A DNA stretch of 19,107 bases from an uncultured Oligoflexus sp. (GTDB taxonomy: Bacteria; Bdellovibrionota_B; Oligoflexia; Oligoflexales; Oligoflexaceae), in NCBI GenBank assembly GCA_964236955.1, contig CAXSGP010000029.1, positions 28,518 through 47,624 on the forward strand. Direction: 5' to 3'. Under the pieces are notes generated by a model. That model made no database searches. It saw only the letters and a program-made list of their open reading frames with translations, and had not been told where the DNA came from. Both the position numbers and the translations under genes were made by a program. Below, piece by piece: positions 6,882-13,788 of this stretch. The stretch's first letter is position 1; every line of letters begins with the position of its first letter.

Positions 6882-9031
6882 TAACTGCGCTGCCTATATT
6901 GAGAGAATCGTTTCCGCGACCATCGAAAGATGAAAAAGGTGATGGTGGCCAGAATGAAAAGCGTGACAAAGGAGGCGAATCCCGGCGCACGAAAGACATC
7001 CAAGATGCTTTTCTGAAAGACTACAAGCATGACCGTGCCGGGAGTCATGCCCACCATAGTCGCGACCAGAAAACGAAGAAACGGAATTTTTCCCGATCCT
7101 GCCGCCAGATTGATCAGCGAACTGGGCGCGATGGGAAAAATGCGCAGAAACAGAATGGTAAAGAACTGGCCCTTGCCGATGCGATCGAGAATTTTCTGGG
7201 TTTTTTTGCCAAAGAACCTTTCAAAGATAAAGACTCCGACGAAACGGCCCAGAGTGTAGCCCACGCAGACGTTAATCAGGGTACCGATGAGAATTTCAAA
7301 AAAGGCCCAGGAGGTGGTGAAGAGACTAGCCGTAATGATGATCAGAAGATTGATGGGAATGAAGAGTATGGCTCCCAATCCAAAAATGATGGGCATGATG
7401 ATGCGGGCCCGATGAGGGTCGGCCATGGGCTCGATAAGGATGCGGCGCATGGCCTCTTCACTGCCGTTAGGATCATGCAGAACGTAGTGCCACACCAAGC
7501 CCAGGACTATGGCAAAGATCACCGTCAGTATAAGGAGCAGCACGCGGGGCGCGACGCCGAGCTTACGGGAGGCCAGTTCTGAGGCGAAGCCCCATTGATC
7601 CATAGCCATCTCAAGTTCGCTTGGTTTTTCCATATCGAGCCAGTTCATATCCTCCAGCTGATATTTTTCGCTGGAGGGATGGGGATGCAGGGTTGCCAGG
7701 TGGCGATCGCAGGCTGGATTATTGGCCTGGTCGAGGGCTTTTAGGATCGAAGCCTCGCTGGCTATAAGCCGCTGCAGGTCGTCGGTCTCAATTTCACAAT
7801 GATGCGCCAGCACGTAAGCCGTGGCCTGAGCGATAGCCTTTTGATTGTAAGGATCCTCGGTCGCGTCGATAGTCAGCTGGCATTCCGTGTCATAGCCCAT
7901 CGACCGATTGTTGAGGTTTGCCGATCCTATGCTCAGGTATGTATCGTCGATGATCATCAGCTTACTATGGACGGTCAGACCGAGTTTGAGAGAGGCCCGA
8001 TGCCTGTCGAAAGGATAAAAGATGCGCAGGCGCTTATGAGAGTCGGTACTTAACAAGCGATTCAGGGCCAGGTCCTGCAGCACTCCCATCGTCCGGATTT
8101 CGAGCCAGCCGCCGGCTTTTTCGGGCAGTATGATGATCACCTCCGGGCCATCGGCGGCCTTTAGGCGTTCTCCCAAAGCCTCAACGATGGAGCGAGCGGT
8201 AAGGTACTGGTTTTCGATGACAATCGAATGCTGAGCGGTATGGATCAGATTCTGAAAAAGTACAGCGATTTCGATAAGCTCCTGATCCTCCTTAAAGGCA
8301 GGCATGGTGCGCGAAAAGGCTATCCTGGCCTTGGTGAAGGTTGCTGCCGTGCGATCCGGCAAGGGGTTTGGGACATGCCTCTGATGGAGACGAAGCGCAT
8401 CGAGTTCCTGGCCGGTTGCGTTGTGCCAGCGAAACTGGAAGAGGGCGATAAAATCGTGAACTATTTCCCCGGTGACGCCCAATTGATAATCATGAAAGGC
8501 ACCGTAGGGCTCACCGTAAGGATCCTTGCGAAGAGGAGCCTTGTGGCTATGGGTCGAGCTATCCCATCGCCTTATCGTGAGATCGAGGCCGCCGACGAAG
8601 GCAATATCAGCGTCAACGACGACGAACTTTTGATGATGGGAAGCGCTGATGGGATGAGCATCATCCAGATGAAAGTGAATGCGGGAGTGTTTCAGCCAAC
8701 CCCGACGCAGAGATTGCAGTCGCTCGCGTTCCAGCATATAGAACGGAGCGAAATCCCAGGTCAGTATATAGACATGAAGGGCCGGATTTCGCCGAACTAG
8801 TCCACGTATAAAACGACGCAGAAAAAGTTTTTTAGGCCGACGTCCGCGACGCTCCTTATAGGAGAGGACAGTATCACTATGGAAGTCCCAGCCAGCGATC
8901 AGAATCGCGTCTTTCGCCTTGGCGCAAGCGTTGACGAACGCCTCATAGTAGTCCGCGGCATCGCTGTATAGCCACGCTTCGTTACCTTCGGTCAGCGTCC
9001 AGGCGTTACTTGGGTTGAATAATCCGTCCAC
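6881..9031 (-). CDS. Phospholipase D (two HKD motifs) fused to a C-terminal VTT/DedA (SNARE-associated) membrane domain
   Basis: HHQKFVVVD...GGLDL and VHSKLMIID...GSANLNNRS are the two HKD motifs; the C-terminal TM region has LRIFPIAP..INLAAG and GMTPG of the VTT family; SD GAGG before the GTG. Confidence 0.93.
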   Translation of the reverse strand: MDGLFNPSNAWTLTEGNEAWLYSDAADYYEAFVNACAKAKDAILIAGWDFHSDTVLSYKERRGRRPKKLFLRRFIRGLVRRNPALHVYILTWDFAPFYMLERERLQSLRRGWLKHSRIHFHLDDAHPISASHHQKFVVVDADIAFVGGLDLTIRRWDSSTHSHKAPLRKDPYGEPYGAFHDYQLGVTGEIVHDFIALFQFRWHNATGQELDALRLHQRHVPNPLPDRTAATFTKARIAFSRTMPAFKEDQELIEIAVLFQNLIHTAQHSIVIENQYLTARSIVEALGERLKAADGPEVIIILPEKAGGWLEIRTMGVLQDLALNRLLSTDSHKRLRIFYPFDRHRASLKLGLTVHSKLMIIDDTYLSIGSANLNNRSMGYDTECQLTIDATEDPYNQKAIAQATAYVLAHHCEIETDDLQRLIASEASILKALDQANNPACDRHLATLHPHPSSEKYQLEDMNWLDMEKPSELEMAMDQWGFASELASRKLGVAPRVLLLILTVIFAIVLGLVWHYVLHDPNGSEEAMRRILIEPMADPHRARIIMPIIFGLGAILFIPINLLIIITASLFTTSWAFFEILIGTLINVCVGYTLGRFVGVFIFERFFGKKTQKILDRIGKGQFFTILFLRIFPIAPSSLINLAAGSGKIPFLRFLVATMVGMTPGTVMLVVFQKSILDVFRAPGFASFVTLFILATITFFIFRWSRKRFSQYRQRS

Positions 9032-9147
9032 GTAGGTCCTCGCAGCTTCACGGGTCTTACTATTTTTTTAGTCCTGTGAAGTTCATAGCCTAGGAACACT
9101 AGGCCTTGCAAGCCAGAGGACGCGGACGGCCTCTAAATAACTTTTGC

Positions 9148-10389
9148 CTAAGATTTGAGACGATTGCCAGCCTGGTCCAGCAATCGCTCGAGGCTGAGGT
9201 AGTTTAAGGGCTTCGAAAGAAAATCGTTCATGCCCGCCTTGATACCTAGCTGTATGTCGTCGGGGCAAAGGGTTGCCGTCAAGGCTATGATATGAACCTT
9301 GGAATCGATCGCACGAATCTGACGAGTGGCTTCGATGCCGCCCATGACCGGCATCTGCAGGTCCATGAAGATCAGATCGTAGGGATTTTTGCGATGGGCG
9401 TTCAGAGCTTCCAGCCCGTCCTGCGCGATATCGATATGAAGGCCCCGCTTGCTAAAGAGGAGAAAGACGAGAGCTTGGTTGATCTCGTCATCCTCGACCA
9501 GCAGGATACGAGCCTGACGATGGTAGGCAGTCACCTCGTCGTCCACGGCGGCTTCTTTGTTGATCAAATTGGGAAAGCGGAGTGCGAACTCACTGCCCTT
9601 TCCAAGATCGGAGCTTAGCATAAGTTCACCTCCCATGGCTTTGACAAGAAATTGCGAAACGGCCAGGCCCATCCCAACACCCCCATACTGTCGTGTAAAG
9701 CTGCCGTCTACCTGAAAAAAAGCCTCGAAGATGGAATCCTGGCTTGCCTTGGCGATACCAATGCCGCTATCCCTTACCACCAGCAGGACCTTGGTCTCTT
9801 CACAGCCAAGTTCAATGCTAATGCCGCCCTGATGGGTGAACTTTATAGCATTGGCGACGAGATGATAGAGAATCTGCGAAAGGCGTTTGGCGTCCCCATA
9901 AAGCCAGCGCGGCCCATCATCAGCAATAGTCACTTTCAGACTCAACCCTTTTTTTTCCGCAAAGGGCTTGAAATGATCGTAGCAGTCGTGAATGAGTTGT
10001 CGGATGTCGAAATGATTCTTTTGCAGCTTCAATTCGCCATTCATCATCTTTGAAAAATCAAGAATGCTTTCCACCAGATCCAGGAGATGCTGATTGGCTG
10101 ATCGGAATATTTCCACATACTGTTTTTGTTCGGCATTGAGTTCCGTCAGGCTCAAAAGCTCGGCCGCTCCCATCAGACCGTTGATCGGAGTGCGCAGTTC
10201 GTGATTCATATTGGCTAGAAATTGCAGATGCGATTGCTCGCGCGAAAGATCCTTATCGATAGCATTCCATGCTTCTTTGCTGGAATGAATCGGCTGTGAA
10301 TGTTTTGTGAAAATTGCCTTGCCAACATGGGGAGCAGGCAATCGGTTAGGGGGTTTGACCTGGAGATTCTCGCACTCATTTCTTCTCAC
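9148..10389 (-). CDS. Cytoplasmic hybrid histidine kinase/response regulator with no sensor domain
   Basis: H-box ANMNHELRTP, N-box HLVANAIKFT, G1 DSGIGI, F-box IFEAFFQ, G2 GGVGMGL; receiver LVEDD..MDLQMP..KP. Only about 55 aa precede the H-box. Confidence 0.93.
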   Translation of the reverse strand: MRRNECENLQVKPPNRLPAPHVGKAIFTKHSQPIHSSKEAWNAIDKDLSREQSHLQFLANMNHELRTPINGLMGAAELLSLTELNAEQKQYVEIFRSANQHLLDLVESILDFSKMMNGELKLQKNHFDIRQLIHDCYDHFKPFAEKKGLSLKVTIADDGPRWLYGDAKRLSQILYHLVANAIKFTHQGGISIELGCEETKVLLVVRDSGIGIAKASQDSIFEAFFQVDGSFTRQYGGVGMGLAVSQFLVKAMGGELMLSSDLGKGSEFALRFPNLINKEAAVDDEVTAYHRQARILLVEDDEINQALVFLLFSKRGLHIDIAQDGLEALNAHRKNPYDLIFMDLQMPVMGGIEATRQIRAIDSKVHIIALTATLCPDDIQLGIKAGMNDFLSKPLNYLSLERLLDQAGNRLKS

Positions 10390-10833
10390 TGTGTCACCTA
10401 TTTATGTCAATAAGATGGTCGCAACGACCCCTTAAAGAAGATTGAAAATAACAACCCAGATCAACGAAAATGCCTATTCTGCGGAACAATTTATTGGTTA
10501 GGGAGTTGGCTGATTCGATTCAGGGGCGTCCCGGCTCATACCGGACCTCGGATCTTTCAGACTGAAGCAAGAATGGAGCCGTTTTAACCAATTTGTCTGA
10601 AACGAATTATGACAGGTCACAAGCGTAGATAGAGAAAGGCTCCCACACTTGATGGCAAACAACCTTCCGAAAAATTCAGAGCCGCTTTTTATTAATGGCG
10701 GCTTGCGACTCAAAATCCCAGGAGGGCCGTCAGGCTTTAGAGAATAGGAATGGCCGGAAATATTCGAAACGCTCATAGACCGAGAATCGCTGACGCTCTG
10801 TTTCGATTTTCCATCAGCTTCTGTCCTAACATG

Positions 10834-10923
10834 TAGACAGTCCTAGAGGTGAGACAGGTTCCCTTCCCAAGGACTTGCCTATTCCGAGCAAGGTTCACCG
10901 GGTGGTCTCACTAAGATTGTCTA
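10834..10923 (+). other. Intergenic branched stem-loop element (candidate ncRNA or MITE-like element)
   Basis: TAGACAGTC/GATTGTCTA (9 bp, 1 G-U) and GTGAGAC/GTCTCAC (7 bp) close two inner hairpins, CCTT-CCC-AAGG and CTTGC-N9-GCAAG. Confidence 0.4.
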
Positions 10924-10995
10924 AGGTGGGGGGGCCGTTGGATCTAAAAAAAATGTCGTTGCGAAATCTCTCCGCTAAAAAATATGAGGGTTTTT

Positions 10996-11035
10996 TTAAA
11001 TTAATTTAATGGACCATGAATTTATAATAAATTCA
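10996..11035. promoter_or_regulatory. Two palindromes with an embedded perfect -10 box
   Basis: TTAAATTAATTTAA (10996-11009) and TGAATTTAT-A-ATAAATTCA (11017-11035), the latter containing TATAAT at 11023-11028. Confidence 0.45.
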
Positions 11036-11162
11036 GAGTCTTATATTGGCCCACAAGGGATGCCTGGGGGTTATTTGATAGGCCTTCATGTTGGCTGGAT
11101 GGCCGGTCGATAGTGGCTTTGTAAGCCCAAAACACAGTAAAAATTTTAGGAGTTGAAACACT

Positions 11163-11279
11163 ATGCAACGAGCATTATTGGCCGTTTATCCTATCAAAAA
11201 ACTTCAGGTTTTGGTTCTTGATTCAGAGATTCAACGCGGCTTCTTTGTGGGCTTTCTTTTAGGACTCGTCTTGCTGTGA
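11163..11279 (+). CDS. Small protein (38 aa) with a hydrophobic C-terminus
   Basis: AGGAG at 11148-11152, then ATG 11163: MQRALLAVYPIKKLQVLVLDSEIQRGFFVGFLLGLVLL*. Below the ORF-track cutoff. Confidence 0.5.
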   Translation: MQRALLAVYPIKKLQVLVLDSEIQRGFFVGFLLGLVLL

Positions 11280-11482
11280 TGGGGCTTATTGGGAACTTTA
11301 GCCATCGGCTTAGGTCCCTGAAATTCTTTCTGGGTCTGGGCTCGGTAAAAGATCGGGCCCGGGTGTTTGAAAATACTGCCGATCACTGTAAGAGGAAGGC
11401 GGCAATCCGATTCCAACTTCTCCCTAGCGCTTCCTGGAATGAGCCGAGGTCAATTCTGACCAGTTTGTTTCAAACTCTTTAG
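11279..11482 (+). CDS. Possible hypothetical protein (67 aa) coupled to the 38-aa ORF
   Basis: Its ATG overlaps the upstream stop (TGATG) and it ends 47 nt before the next gene. No family recognised. Confidence 0.3.
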   Translation: MGLIGNFSHRLRSLKFFLGLGSVKDRARVFENTADHCKRKAAIRFQLLPSASWNEPRSILTSLFQTL

Positions 11483-11529
11483 CCAAAGTGCGTTCTATCC
11501 AATCGATTTTTTAAACTTAGAGGCAAACC

Positions 11530-12633
11530 ATGATAAAATCGCCAAAAAGCATCGAACGCGAGGAAGCTGACTCGGCTCAGGATGAATGGGTCTTGCGGGA
11601 ACCGAAATTGCTTACCGAAGACGATCTGGTTACCTCTTTAAGACTGATCTTTGGCTACAGTGAGGTCATGAAATATAACCTCCAGAATGCCCTCTTAACC
11701 CACGCTGCCGAAGACATAGAAAAAATCAATCGCGTCGCTTGGCAAACCCTTTCTGCATGGGGGGGCTCCGTGGAAGGCATGCCTACCGGTCGATCCAAGA
11801 CTTCTTTTGACGCGGAACACTTTATGAAAGCGCTCTCGCATGTCGCCCATGTGCAATTGTCGCGAACCTGCAGGGACCTGCAATTTTTTGTACCGGCAGG
11901 CTTTGGCGAAATCCTGGGTGACGAAGACGCCCTTCTCGATCTTTGCACCAGTGGCCTGGATTTTTTACAGGCAACGGCCAAACCGGAACATCTCAGTATT
12001 CATCTCTTTCCAAGTCAGATCGATGGCAAAGATTATATCAATCTTGATATCCGGGCCCAGGGCGCCTCCTTTTCCGGTCTCTTTGACCAATCCTTTGCCA
12101 ACTTCTTTCAATCGAAAAGTCCAGATCGCATTCAAAAGGCCTGCGAGGCTTTGCAGGCTAATTTCAGCCTCGATGTTTGCCAAGGCGTGGGTCTGACCTT
12201 TTCGGTTATGTTCCGCCACCGGGCCTCACGAATCACTCCCCTGACGGCGGTAAGGCGCGAGCATTCCCAGCCGTCGATCCTTCTCTTGGGTACCGATGCA
12301 AAGGTAGGGCGGATGATACGCGACCTAACCCGCGAGTCGGAGCTTGAGATTCTCACCGTCAATCAATTGCGCAGCGGTCTCAGGGTCTTTTATGAAAAAC
12401 AACCGGCCTTTGTAATGATCGATGCCAGCGAAGATGGTTGGGCCGCCGGAGAGTTGATCGAGAGCATTCGCCAGCAGAACTCAAGCTGCTTCATCGTCAG
12501 CCTGGTCAATAGGGGAATGGCGGACTATTCAGACTTTCCAGGAGCGGATCTCATGCTGGAAAAGCCCTTTAAAAAAGATGAGCTGCTGCGGAGCATGGGT
12601 TTGATTGGGCCCGATAGCCGGCGTATTGCTTGA
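11530..12633 (+). CDS. Degenerate hybrid kinase-like protein (pseudo-HisKA/HATPase plus atypical receiver)
   Basis: EDDLVTSLRLIFGYSEVM resembles the H-box helix without His. ILGDEDALLDL, LDIRAQGASF and QGVGLTFSV resemble eroded HATPase boxes. The C-terminal receiver reads ILLLGTD..FVMIDAS..GADLMLEKPF. SD AGAGG. Confidence 0.7.
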   Translation: MIKSPKSIEREEADSAQDEWVLREPKLLTEDDLVTSLRLIFGYSEVMKYNLQNALLTHAAEDIEKINRVAWQTLSAWGGSVEGMPTGRSKTSFDAEHFMKALSHVAHVQLSRTCRDLQFFVPAGFGEILGDEDALLDLCTSGLDFLQATAKPEHLSIHLFPSQIDGKDYINLDIRAQGASFSGLFDQSFANFFQSKSPDRIQKACEALQANFSLDVCQGVGLTFSVMFRHRASRITPLTAVRREHSQPSILLLGTDAKVGRMIRDLTRESELEILTVNQLRSGLRVFYEKQPAFVMIDASEDGWAAGELIESIRQQNSSCFIVSLVNRGMADYSDFPGADLMLEKPFKKDELLRSMGLIGPDSRRIA

Positions 12634-12648
12634 ATGCTTTCCGTCCTT

Positions 12649-12688
12649 GGTAAAGATCCCCTAGTCTCTTGACGAGGGGATCTTTACC
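12649..12688. terminator. Long hairpin between convergent genes (bidirectional terminator-like)
   Basis: GGTAAAGATCCCCT-A-GTC-TCTT-GAC-G-AGGGGATCTTTACC: 14 perfect bp plus 3 bp. Confidence 0.7.
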
Positions 12689-13009
12689 TTATGACGAGAG
12701 GATGCTTTCGTTGACAAATTCCTGGAGTTTGTCGAGGCCCTTGAAACCCGTATACATGCCCTTTTTCTTTTTGTTGGCAAAGACCACGAAGACGGGAAGG
12801 ACATCGGTGCCGGCAATCTCCATCATTTCAGGATGATCGTCCGTGCAGATCTTTGCGAACTGCATGCCGTGGGCGTCCTCTTTTTCAATTCTATCAGTGG
12901 CAGGGGTCGACAGCTTACAGATCCCGCAGCCTTTTTTCCAGAGCTTGAGAAATACCGAGTTGCCGCCGGCAAGCGCCTCTTGCAACTGGTCCGGTGTCCA
13001 TGCGTCCAT
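12689..13009 (-). CDS. Thioredoxin family protein
   Basis: 106 aa; LKLWKKGCGICK carries the CXXC; cis-Pro region DVLPVF; SD AGGAG upstream. Confidence 0.85.
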   Translation of the reverse strand: MDAWTPDQLQEALAGGNSVFLKLWKKGCGICKLSTPATDRIEKEDAHGMQFAKICTDDHPEMMEIAGTDVLPVFVVFANKKKKGMYTGFKGLDKLQEFVNESILSS

Positions 13010-13098
13010 CTTTTACTCCTTCGCGAACGGTTCCTAGAATGCAAAACCTAGCAAATCGCCGGACCAATCACAAGGCGGGAGCGGGCCAGACAAAGCCA

Positions 13099-13722
13099 CT
13101 AGATGTGCAAATTGGCATAATGTTCGCAGGGGATGGCATCATCGAGTTCCTTGGCCAGGCGAGTGAGAGCAGCGGCATGGTCGTCAGGTAAGGCACAGAG
13201 CTGTTTGTATTTGCTACAAGGATGTCGGAATTGAAGGCGAAGGGGATAGGCACCCTGGCTCACGATCCTGGCATTGACGGGCTCAAAAACGAAGTCCATA
13301 GCGCTTTTGAAATGAGCAAAGGCCTGTTCCTTAACTGCGATCTGATCCTTGAGCGACGCCATGCGGGCATCGGCCTCACGAATCTCGTCATCAGTCGTTG
13401 CCAATTCATAGCGAGTTCCGAGTATCCCCTCGTCGAGTTCGGCGGCAGGCGTCTGCAGAGCCTCGGCCTTCCGTTCAAGGGCTCGGAGCTTTTGCTCCGA
13501 GAGTTTACGTTTTGCCCTCATGGCAAATACGGTTTGACCTGTACTCGTCAGGTTATCCTTCAGCACATCGAGATCATTGAGGAAGCGGAGATAGGTTCCA
13601 CTGACGATGCTGCGGCATTGTTCCCTGGAATCAACTTCACCCTCATTCGCGGGGAGGAGATTGCCCTTTAAAAGAAGGCATATGCCACATATTATGGCAA
13701 TGAGGACACGGCGTTGAAACAT
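13099..13722 (-). CDS. Hypothetical exported coiled-coil protein
   Basis: Signal-peptide-like N-terminus, long heptad-rich central helix and four Cys in the mature region. Confidence 0.75.
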   Translation of the reverse strand: MFQRRVLIAIICGICLLLKGNLLPANEGEVDSREQCRSIVSGTYLRFLNDLDVLKDNLTSTGQTVFAMRAKRKLSEQKLRALERKAEALQTPAAELDEGILGTRYELATTDDEIREADARMASLKDQIAVKEQAFAHFKSAMDFVFEPVNARIVSQGAYPLRLQFRHPCSKYKQLCALPDDHAAALTRLAKELDDAIPCEHYANLHI

Positions 13723-13746
13723 CCTTTATGGCCCCAATGGGAAAAG

Positions 13747-13770
13747 GGGACGGATGAAAGCATCCGTCCC
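13747..13770 (-). terminator. Intrinsic terminator of the S8 protease gene
   Basis: Minus strand GGGACGGATG-CTTT-CATCCGTCCC followed by CTTTT, 18 nt after the stop codon. Confidence 0.75.
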
Positions 13771-13788
13771 GCAAAGTACACGAGAAGA

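Noticed and set aside
10651..10705. GGCAAAC...GAAA resembling a c-di-GMP-I riboswitch
   Set aside because: No P1 stem around the GAAA and no following GACGCAAA/tetraloop-receptor element.
10498..10776. 92-aa minus-strand ORF in the spacer, with a 19-codon ORF overlapping its start (ATGA)
   Set aside because: No SD, no family signal and a Ser/Pro-rich composition. It cannot be supported, although it is not excluded.
10919..10929. 11-bp match (CCACCTTAGAC, reverse strand) to 17039-17049
   Set aside because: 11-mer matches are expected by chance in 19 kb, and the flanks do not align.
12689..13009. Thioredoxin-fold protein as a KaiB substitute
   Set aside because: It has a redox CXXC and none of the KaiB motifs, and it lies 12 kb from kaiC.
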